This document shows, piece by piece, positions 21,338-31,423 of a stretch of DNA of 32,000 bases; positions within the stretch are counted from its first letter, which is position 1, and every line of letters starts with the position of its first letter. The notes beneath the pieces are model-generated. The model was not told the DNA's origin. It ran no database searches and saw nothing but the letters and a program-made list of their open reading frames with translations. Made by a program: the position numbers and the translations under genes. The DNA lies in the NCBI GenBank assembly GCA_000503875.1, contig CP006913.1, positions 780,001 to 812,000 of the forward strand. Reading direction: 5' to 3'. The DNA is from Candidatus Saccharimonadota bacterium (GTDB lineage Bacteria; Patescibacteriota; Gracilibacteria; Absconditabacterales; Absconditicoccaceae).

Positions 21338-23737
21338 TTAAAAATCATAGAGCACTCTAATTCAATTAGCTGAGTTATGTAACATACGATATTCATCTAT
21401 AATTCAACTTTCATACGTACGTTGAAGCATCAACATTACCCATCCTCTTACTTCAGGCATTTTAGGATCTTCTATCATACGCATAATACCATTATCTTTC
21501 AATGCTTGAAGATGTTTAACATAATAGAATTCATTTCATTCACTTTGAGCTATATTGTACGTTTCCCCAAAAATTAATCTCGACAAAATAGTTCCAAACT
21601 GAGCTCTAGTAACTATATCATTAGGATTAAATGATTTTCATGGTTGGATTCCATCAGATTCCAATCCCATCAATCAAAGTTGACAAGCAATTTTACTATA
21701 AAATTTCATTTCAGAAGATTGATCTTCCATATCATTATATTGATCACATCATTCTTTGGCAATATCTGGATATAATCCAACAATAGTAACAGCATATTCT
21801 ACAATCATTTTTGCCAAATGCTTTCTCAATAAAGTACCTTTAATATCAGCATTTTCTATAGGACACATGGTTGTTATTCAAAGACCATAAGCAAATTGAA
21901 ATGCATCAGTAAGTTCTTGAGTATAAGGAGAATTTTCAACAGGACAAGTATCAGCTGACCCATGACCATCACTACTACAAGTATAATCATAATAACTATA
22001 AGAATCATCGCCATCAGGACAATAATCTTTGACTAAATAACTTCATCACCCTCGACCTCATCAATCCAATGATCAATGGTCAAATATTTTTTGAAGAATA
22101 AGTGTTGATCCAGAAAGGATTGCTTTAACATTATTTCCCATAATACGAAGCGATGGTGTATCAACAAAACTAACCTGGGTAGAACCAGAATTTAATTCAC
22201 TTCATTTATAGATAAACATTCCTTGATTTGTTAATCAGCAATCAAGATATCAAGTTCCCTGAGGAGACAAGGATAAAACTGGATTTAATCCACCCTGTAT
22301 TGTTAATATATTTCTCATAAAAAGCACAGAATTTGTCTTATATTGAACATATTTATCATCACAACATCAAAGCTGAGAACAACTTGGTCTTGTTACAAAA
22401 CTATAGTCTGAAATTGTTCATTGATTTCACTGCATATCACGAACAGATACACGTACACGAATAGTTCACGATGCAGGAAAATCTACATGATTAGGTATTT
22501 CGACAAACCAGTTGGGCTGTAAAGCGGTACTACTAAGACCTGAAAGATTCAACATATTTCCACTAAACACATATGGCCCATAACTTGTTCCGTTGATTCC
22601 ACTAAGCGTTACCACAATACTTCCAGAATTTACCCCAGCCCATTCATCTTGCACTCAAAATCTAATCGGAGCATCATAGGTCACAAATGTAGCATTATCT
22701 ACTGGAAATCTAGTATCAGAAATCAAGGTCGGACCCTGAGCTTGATTAAATAAAAGAGAGGTTGAAGAAAGAAATCACATACGATCTCTTACAGAAATAT
22801 TGATAGTAATAGGCTTTTCTATTCCATAATTAAACAAGGCTCATGATGGAATGGTAACGGTATAATTTTTATCAAGAAATTGCCAGGTCTTACCATTTGC
22901 AATAGCATATGTTCATCAATTAAACGTACGGTTTTGACCATTTCCTGCCAAAGTAATTTGTAATGTAGAAATATTAATTCCATATTGAGGATCTATACCC
23001 CAAATATTTCCAGTCCATTGACCACCTGTCCAAACATAAGGAACATTAGTACTAGAACCAGCATTATCTGTTAATGAAAGAGAAATTCAAGAAAGGTATG
23101 TTTGTTTAATTGCTCAGTTAATTGGCAATGCTACAGAAATAGATGGATTGTTTGTATCAGTAACACACGGTTGCTGAAGAACTCAGTAATTTCAAGTCAT
23201 AAATTGAGATTGTCTGGTAGTATTTATTATTTCTGTTCCAAAAGGAGAACTCAATGTGGTTTCTATAGTAGAATTGGGAGTACCTATTTCGCCATTATAT
23301 TCCATACCAAAAATTGTAGAATACGGAGTAGGAGAATAACGAGGGACAAAAAATACTGTTCCATACAATCCTGTTGTTCACTTGTAAGCATAAAGATTAT
23401 TTTTACGATCTATTTGTAAAATAGAAAAATTACTTCCAGTTTTCCAAGAAGGTGAAGATTCAGATGACCAATCCAAAAAAGTAGTAGTACTTGCTTCAAA
23501 TAAGGTAGTTCTAAGATCAGATGTTGAATACGAAATATGTTGTGGATCCAAAACAAGATGAAAACGACCTGCTTTAGCTCAATCAACATTAGCTTCTGTA
23601 GAAGCTTTTACCAACAATTTTTCATTACAACCTTGTTGATAAGGGTAATTAACTGATCATGTATCAAAATAATAATACTGAGAACTTACTCATCAAAAGC
23701 ATATACTCAAAACAACTATGAGATAGGCTTTTTTCAT
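21338..23737 (-). CDS. secreted surface protein A (799 aa): signal peptide, N-terminal module shared with protein D, Ig-like 'DEWAGVNSGS' domain, Gly/Cys-rich linker, three C-terminal SLH-like repeats
   Basis: ATG 23737 to TAA 21338-21340, every triplet checked. N-terminus 'MKKAYLIVVLSICFGG'. C-terminal repeats: 'LTDAFQFAYGLGITTM...LLRKHLAKMIVEYAV', 'FNPNDIVTRAQFGTILSRLIFG', 'YYVKHLQALKDNGIM'. Its start overlaps the tail of gene B. Confidence 0.75.
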
Positions 23738-24465
23738 ACAAGATCTTTATTGAAGTAAGATAAAAGCTGTTTACGATATGCTAGAACCAAAATAACAAGT
23801 ATAAGCAAGAAAAATGCTAGTACAAAAAAGATATTATTTTGTAAAAACATCCAGAAAGAAATTTTACTATATTTTTCGTAAATTTTTTGAATCGTAGAAT
23901 TAAGGGAATCTTGATAACTCATTCCTGCAAATCCACCAGAAACAACAGCAGCTGCGCTATGTTCACAAGCAGGCATATCAGAAGAAAATTTTACTTGAGC
24001 ATCACCAACTTGTTTTAATGCATCTACTCAACCAACTTTACTTAAATTAGAATCAGTTGTATTTCCTTCTGCCAGAAAATAAAGTCTTACTGTTCAATCA
24101 AGAAATCATTCTTTTTGTTCAAAATAGATTGTTCCTATTTTTCCAGATCAAATAACTCTTTCACTAGGATCAACAGTAAATCCAACAATATGAAGCAATC
24201 CATTTGATCTTGTTACTGGTGGAAGAAAATAAGGAAATATTGTTGTAGGCACAAAATCTTTATAAAGTAACGATGTTTCCATCATAAGGTCAACCGCTGA
24301 TATCTCTTCACCTTGAGTATCTACATATACATCGATAGGTACTGTACATCCATTTCCAAATGTACCATCTCCTTCAACAGAAAATGAAATATTTTGCGAA
24401 AATGAAAAGCTACCCAAAGAAATAAATCCTACCAACAAGAGAATCAGAATTTTTTTTTGTTTCAT
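23716..24465 (-). CDS. surface protein B: own ATG and signal peptide, cohesin-like domain, C-terminal TM anchor (249 aa)
   Basis: 'MKQKKILILLLVGFISLGSFSFS' is a textbook signal peptide. 'ISFSVEGDG..CTVPIDVYVDTQGEEISAVDLMMETSLLYKDF...LLHIVGFTVDP' is cohesin-like. The TM segment is 'IFFVLAFFLLILVILVLAY'. The ORF ends '..NKDLV-TGA-KKPIS-TAG'. Confidence 0.65.
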
Positions 24466-26220
24466 AATAATTTTTAAAAAAATAAATTATTGTACGATAA
24501 TAACTCAATCAACAATTGTAAAATTCAACCCTGTAATATACAATGCATTACCAGAATACACAGTTCCGTTAATTAGCGTATTTGTAGAATCATAAATTTG
24601 TACATTACCCGTCAAAACAGCTCCTGTCCATTCATATCCACACATCAAAATATCATTATTTGTTCAAGTAAGATATGGATAAGGAGAATTTATATTGGTA
24701 CCCGTTACTATAAGAATTGTTCAGGTAAAGTCATGAGATCATGCAAATGTTCCACCTAGAATATTGATATTTAAGACTTCATTACATCCAAAGAAACTAC
24801 AATCTGGTCTTGTTGTAAATGATGTAGATAATGTTCATGTATTTCCAGCAAGATCAAGTGCTATTCAAGTAATAGTAATAGTTTCATTTGATGGAAAATC
24901 CCAATTTGAATAAAACTCTACAACATATTTTCCAGAATTTCCAAGACCAGCACTTCCTCAAGACAATACAAAATTTAATTCTGATCAAGAATAGGTATAT
25001 CCTGTCAATAATTGTTCAGCTCACGACATAATAGTTGGGATAGTTATTTTTACTGTCCCTGTATTTACACCTGCCCAATCATCAGAAATAAATAATCTAA
25101 TTGCATTAGTTTTACTTGGAGAAACAAAAGTATCTGCAGATGGTAATAGACGAGATATTGTTGGATTCAATGGCGCATTAAAAGAAAACGAACTAGATCA
25201 TGTATGTATTAGTCATGTTTCATTAGGATTATCTGTTGCTTGCAAGGTAACAGTTACCAGTTTTTCTACTTCATAAGAAGCTGGTGCAGCAAAAGAAACA
25301 TTATATCATCTACGTTTACTGTTCCAAGTCAATTGATTGCGAGAACCGTCTCAAGCCCAATCAGTAACCGTCAAACTATTTCCAGATAAAATATATGACC
25401 AAGGAGAAGAACAAGTTGCACAAGCAACAGTTGCTCTGATAGTTCAGCTATTTACTCCTTCCTGATTGTCGACAGTAGCTGGGGCAGCCACATAATTCGT
25501 TAGCAACAAAGATAATCAAGAATACCAGTAATGAGATCTATTGTTGGTTGCTAGAGGCGATGGTCCAGACACACTGCCTGCCCCAGCCCAATCATATGTA
25601 GTAAATGAAATAACTTGATTGATTGGAATATTTCTAGTTCAACCTGTTGGTACCGTATTTGTGATAGTTGGATTAGTAGCATCTGGCACACAAGGAAGTG
25701 GAACAAAAGTATAGCTTGTATTATATGTTGCAGTCAAAATATCTGCTCCATTGACATCAAATCCATTAAGGGTAGCTCCATCATCGGTTGTACTAGCTCA
25801 AAACGTAATAGCTCCTCATAAACGGTCTGTAAATGATAAACTTCAGTTAGTAACATTATTCAATGTTCTAAACCCGAAATTTATGGCGCTTACATCACCG
25901 GAACTTTTTTGACCACCTGGTAAGGCTCCATAAGTTCTATATAGATTACCTATCAAAGAATATCCTTGATTTTGAGAAAATGGACTATTAATAGATCCAT
26001 GCGTTAAGAAAATATTTGATGAATCATAAGAAATTGTTGCTTCAAATGCATTATAATTTTGTCATCAAGCCAACAAAGATAAATTTCAGTTATAATTACA
26101 ATGAAGTTTTAGCTCCGAACCAGATGCTGGGAGAAAATTATAACTAGGATTTGCTGCAAAAGAAGCTCCGAACAGAGCAACAAGCATCAATCATCATCCT
26201 ATTCTTTTAAAAAGTTTCAT
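23716..26220 (-). CDS. continuous code-25 ORF covering surface proteins C and B
   Basis: The frame from ATG 26220 to TAG 23716-23718 has no TAA/TAG (all triplets read). C and B are separated only by TGA 24508-24510 and 14 AT-rich codons. See the separate C and B entries and the finding. Confidence 0.5.
24508..26220 (-). CDS. surface protein C portion: signal peptide, cohesin-like N-module, three to four Ig-like modules ('DWAGxxSG', 'LDLAGNTGT')
   Basis: N-terminus 'MKLFKRIGGGLMLVALFGASFA'; 'FEATISYDSSNIFL'; repeated 'YDWAGAGSVSG', 'TDWAGDGS', 'SDDWAGVNTGTVKITIP'. The lower bound is the TGA, not a canonical stop. Confidence 0.6.
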
Positions 26221-26243
26221 AGAAAACAAATAAAAATATAAAA

Positions 26244-26790
26244 TTACCAGACAAATATATTTGATGAAAAGTACGGATCAGTAAGTTCGAAATTAATTCC
26301 TATTACTGAAATATCTGAAACATTGATAGCACCATCTCCATTGAGATTTTTAGGATCCAAAACAGCTATTGCAGAATCAATGAATCAACTTGCTGTCAAA
26401 ATAGCTATATCATTTCCATTGATCATAAAGTCATATTGACCCAAAATATTTTCTAGATCCCCTGCTACTTGATATTGAAATCAATCATCTTGAGTAAGGC
26501 TCTTATTTTGAGTATTATGTAAAACGGTTCCTGTAGTAAAATCCAAAGTTTGAGGAACTCATTGAACAATTGTTATTCCACTTAAATATGAAGCCAAATG
26601 AGATTGTCCTTTATATACTATATAATAAGTACCAGAAGGTATATTATCTAACCAATCTGCATAACCAGTACTAGATGTTTCAATTGGCGAACCTATAATA
26701 AATTGTTTATTTTCATCATACACTCTGATTTCTCCAAGATTAGAAAAATTTTCTCATGGACGACTTCCTGGACGAACAAGAATTGAAAAA
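26244..26790 (-). repeat. copy 1 of the duplicated C-terminal module (3' end of gene D)
   Basis: It aligns by eye with 28508-29050. An identical 44-mer 'gtcaaaatagctatatcatttccattgatcataaagtcatattg' occurs at 26395-26438 and at 28659-28702. Confidence 0.6.
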
Positions 26791-28487
26791 TTTCAAAGTT
26801 TAACCAATAAAAGCGTATCTCCATTATCTCCTGTAAGATAAGCTATGATATTTGTTCCAGAAAACTCCAAACTAGATGAATCACTAAAAGCAAGTTTTGT
26901 TGCTGTACCTGATGTATTTCCATGTCCAGAATATAAAAGGAATCATTCATTTTCTGTTCCACAATATAAGGTTCCTGTTGTATTAGTTAGATCTCCCGTA
27001 AAATAAGGATTAATTCCTCAGAGAATTTGAAGAGATCAATTAATATAATAGAAAGGTGTAGCTGTTGCTCATGTTTGTAACAAAATAGGATTACAACATT
27101 GAAATTCACTACAATCTGGTCTTGTAGAAAAAATATAATCTGAAATAGTATCTACAGTTCATTCCATATCTTCAGCATATATACTAACACGAATAGTTCA
27201 TGATGTTGGAAAATCGATATGATTAGTAATATTAATATACCAGTCAGGTTGATTTGCTATACCAGTAACTCCTGAAAGATTAAGATCGCTACCGCTAAAC
27301 TGAAATGGTCAGTATGTTGTTCAGAAAACTCCGCTCAAAGTAACAACAATACTTCCAGAATCAACACCTGCCCATTCATCTTGAATACCAAGTTTAACAG
27401 GATCAGAAAGATTTACAAATACAGCATTGGAAACTGGTGATTGAGAATTAGAAATCAATATAGGTGCTTGTGCCTGATTGAAAGTATAAGCAGAAAGTGT
27501 ATATAAATTATTTGCACGATCTCTAAGCGATCAGGTTATAGTAATGGTTTTTTCTACTCATCGATCAAAAAGATCTCCTGGATTAATATTTACATTGAAA
27601 TTACGAGCATTTCATTGCCAAGTCATTTCTGGTCCAGTAGAAAAGACTACATTACTTTGTGTATATGTTTTTCATGTTCCATTACCGCTAATAGTCAAGG
27701 TAAGTGTAGTTGTATCCACACCATATTGATTAGTAATAATTCATCATACATTTCCTGTCCATTGACCACCAGACCAAACATAAGGAACATTAGAAATTCA
27801 ACTTACACCAGAATTATCAGTCAAAGAAAATATTGCTCAATCTAAATGAGACTTTTTATTTCCTATAGTAGGAACAGTAACGCTTAAAAGAGGTCATGTC
27901 GTATCAGCAACACATGGTTGTTGAAGAACCGGATACGTTCACGTACGATAACTATTTTGACTAACTGGATCAATGATTTCCACTCATCAAACTGCGCTTA
28001 GTGTAGTCTCTGTTGTAGATGATCAAGAAATATATTCCATACCAAATGATCATTGATACGTACTAACATTATAAAGAGGAGAAAAAACAATAGTTCCATA
28101 AAGACCGTTAGATCCATTATAGTCGGTAAGATTATTTTTACGATCTATTTGTAAAATAGTTTTATTACTTCCTGCTTTCCAAGAAGGAGATGTTTCTGAT
28201 GACCAATCCAAAAATGTTGTTGTACTAGCAGAAAATAAATTGGTTCTTAATGTAGGTACATCATCCGACGTAGAATAAGAAAAAGAAAGTGGATCCAATA
28301 AAAGATGAAAACGTCATGCTCTTGCTGCACTACCCTCTGTATTAATTCTAAGTAACAATGTTTCACTACAACCTTGTTGATAAGGGTAGCTTGTTCATCA
28401 GGTATCAAAATAATAGTATTGTCCTTGAACAACAAAACCAGCACCAATTAGGAAGACGAACAAAAATAAAATCAGATTTTTTTTCAT
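26244..28487 (-). CDS. secreted surface protein D (747 aa): N-terminal module paralogous to A, Ig-like modules, beta-sandwich module, C-terminal dockerin-like module
   Basis: ATG 28487 to TAA 26244-26246, every triplet checked. N-terminus 'MKKNLILFLFVFLIGAGFVV'; 'TTTFLDWSSETSPSWKAGSN'; 'QDEWAGVDSGSIVVTLSG'. The C-terminus 'DPKNLNGDGAINVSDISVIGINF' has a dockerin Ca-loop pattern. Confidence 0.75.
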
Positions 28488-28507
28488 AGAATATAATAAG
28501 AAATAAA

Positions 28508-29050
28508 TTACCAAACAAATAGATTTGAAGCCAAGAATGGATCAGTAAGTTCAAAATTAATTCCCACAATAGAAATATCTGATACGTTAACAGCTGCATC
28601 TCAATTAAGATTTTTAGGATCAACAACAAGAACTCCTGCATCAATAAATCAACTTGTTGTCAAAATAGCTATATCATTTCCATTGATCATAAAGTCATAT
28701 TGCCCTAAAATATTTTTAAGGTCTCACGCTATTTGATATTTAGAACCATCATCCTGACTAATACTTTTATTTTGAGTATTATATAAATTAATTCCTGTCG
28801 TAAAATTCAATGAAATTTCTGATCATTCAATAATTTCTATACCACTAAGATAAGAAGCTAGTTGAGATTGCCCTTTATATACTACATAATATATTCACGA
28901 TGGTATTGTATCTTCCAAAATTCATTCTCCAAATTGATCGGTAATAATCTGCCCAGAATATTGGAATACACGTGATTGATCATAAAATCTAATCTCTCCA
29001 ACATTGGTAAAATTCACTCACGGACGACTTCCTGGAAATACTTTTATATT
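28508..29050 (-). repeat. copy 2 of the duplicated C-terminal module (3' end of gene E)
   Basis: See copy 1. Both copies start just after 'PGSRPG' and run to the '..VW' stop. Confidence 0.6.
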
Positions 29051-29554
29051 AAATGGTGTACATAGATTACTAGGACTTACATGCAAAGTAAAAAAATTTG
29101 CTTTACCTTCAACAACATCAAAACTTCATATATTGGTTTCTGTTGGAGCTAATTGTAATGCACACCCAAGCAATATTCAACTGGTACATACAGGAAAATC
29201 AAAATCTATTCTCTTACGTTCAGTCAATCCAGGAGCTACAGAAAAATTATTTATATCCCAAGATAAACCATCACCAAAAGATTTACCAGAAATCATATCA
29301 CAAGAAGCTCTACCATCTGGCGTTTGCATTTGAGCAACAAAATCCAATTTAAGTGATTGTGTTTCTTGTGTTGGATTTAAAATATCAACCCAAAATCAGC
29401 TAGATCATGTACCAACAGTAAGTGTCATATCCAATGTTTTTTCATTAGTTACTCCATCAAAAAAAGAAAGATTTGTATATCAAAACCAAGAAGCAGCAAC
29501 TCCTCAACTAATAATAAGTATTCCAAATATAAACAAAGAAAGATATTTCACCAT
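28508..29554 (-). CDS. secreted surface protein E (348 aa) with the same C-terminal beta-sandwich plus dockerin-like module as D
   Basis: ATG 29554 to TAA 28508-28510, every triplet checked. N-terminus 'MVKYLSLFIFGILIISGG'. C-terminus '...GDLKNILGQYDFMINGNDIAILTTSGFID...DPKNLNGDAAVNVSDISIVGINFELTDP'. Confidence 0.75.
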
Positions 29555-29884
29555 ATAACGATAAAACAATAAATACTAAAAGAGTAGCTGTTAGGAAGAG
29601 CTTTTCAACAAAATATCCACAATATAAGCCAAAAACACAGAGACAGACCTAGACAAAACATTTAAAACACAAGGTCCCAACAAAGAAACATCACAAAACA
29701 GTTTACCTGATATTTTTTGGTTATCAAACAGCCATTAACAAGACAAACTATGACAAAAATCAAACATTCAAAAAAAATCTAAATGACAAAACACAAAAAA
29801 AATATATAATAATAGTAATAAATTTGCAAAAAAAGTATTTGTCGATATACTAGAAACAACATTTTTAATAAAAATATATACTCC

Positions 29885-30451
29885 ATGAAAAAGCTTTTTT
29901 CGCGATTATTATATAGTAGTATTCTCTTCGGAGCTATTTTTTTGTGACAATATAGCAACGCTCAAAGCACACAATGACAAATAGCACTAGAAATCAAAAG
30001 AGGCTTTTTAACAATAGCCTGAAGTTGAGCCCTTAATATAGGGTCAATTTCTTCAAATCCAAGCATAGAAGAACGTACAATTTCGGTAGAAAATATTTTG
30101 CAGATAAGAGATATTGCTGGCCTTTGCAATGGACATTATACGACACTACAATTTAGTGATTTATCAAATTGATCAGAAATCATAAGTAATCAAAATATAA
30201 CAATGAATTTACAATCAATAACAAAAATTCTAGGTAAAGATAATACTAGCCTCTCATTATGATTAATCATAGACAATCAACGATGAGCTACCAAAAATTC
30301 TACAACACATATATATAGATCAATCGGAACAAATTGTTGATATATAGGACAATATGGAACAACTGGGGATATAAAAATAAATATCCCTGCAAATCAATCT
30401 GCAGGAACATATAGAGGGAAAATATATTATTTATTGATAGATAATAATTAA
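29885..30451 (+). CDS. small secreted protein (188 aa), WxL-domain-like C-terminus
   Basis: ATG 29885 to TAA 30449-30451, all codons checked. Signal peptide 'MKKLFSRLLYSSILFGAIFLG'. The C-terminus 'INIPANQSAGTYRGKIYYLLID' resembles the terminal strand of WxL / pilin-like surface proteins. Confidence 0.6.
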
Positions 30452-31404
30452 CGTCTTAATATTATTTTTAGAATTCGTCTCAAAACAAACAAAGCAACAA
30501 AAAATCAGACTATTCCAAAAATCAACATCCATGGTACGAGGATAATGTTTTTATCATAAGAAAAATCTATTTTTTGTTTGTATTCTTCTGGCACATAAGA
30601 CAGATCCAATCTGGTATCCAAAAGTGAAAATCACTGAAAAAAGAAACTATAAACTCATTTATAAAAAGGAATATCCGCAAAACGAAATTCAATCATCGAA
30701 GACGTTCAATAATCTATTATTTTAGATGAAGTAACCATTCTTTCATATCCCAATATATTTGATAATCTTCAGGTATATTGCAAAAATTCTGGTAAAATTC
30801 ATCAATTAGAAAAAGGCAGCAAAACAACCAAAGCACTATCTTCTTTATCTATATAATAAATCACAGAAGAATCATTATCAAATTCAATATTCCTTTTAAA
30901 ATCTCCCACAACATATCCATCCATAAAATTTGCCTTACGAACAATAATATCAAAAGAAGATCAATCTTGCTGAAGACTTTTTTCCTGATCCAAAACGTGA
31001 TAAACCAAACATCAATTTACTTCACCAGAATATCCCAAAGGAAAAGAAAGCGTTCAAGTTTTTTGAACCACAGATCAAGAAGAAATTAACATAGTTTTTT
31101 CCAAAAAATCAACATAAGGTGAAAATAGCCTTCATTGATGAGAACATGCTTTGTTATGAAGTTCATCATTAGTTAATTCACCATCAACAAATCACAAAGA
31201 AAGAGAAACCTTTTCTTTGCTAGTATTTGCAATTTCCAAACAAAATTCATAAGGAACACCAGCTTGAGCTACAAAATTCATTGATTTACCATCAGCTCAT
31301 GTTGTATTATTACAAAAAGATACAGAAACATCTCAAAGAGAATCCGCAAAAGAGAAAGACAATCACAACAAGAATATAACAATCAGAAAACTTATTTTTT
31401 TCAT
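30448..31404 (-). CDS. cell-surface protein, DUF916/DUF3324-like, with signal peptide and C-terminal TM anchor (318 aa)
   Basis: ATG 31404 to TAA 30448-30450, all triplets checked. N-terminus 'MKKISFLIVIFLLGLSFSFA'; 'FVAQAGVPYEFCLEIANTSKEKVSLSLGFVDGELTND'. The TM plus basic tail is 'WMLIFGIVGFFVALFVLRRILKIILRR'. Its stop overlaps the convergent gene's stop (TTAA). Confidence 0.65.
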
Positions 31405-31423
31405 TCATTTCACAACGATAAAA

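Noticed and set aside
23102-29352. Track ORFs 23102..23419, 25615..25821, 27544..27729, 27615..27845, 28247..28447, 28405..28644, 29004..29333 and 29098..29352.
   Set aside because: They are antisense or off-frame within the verified surface-protein ORFs A, C, D and E.
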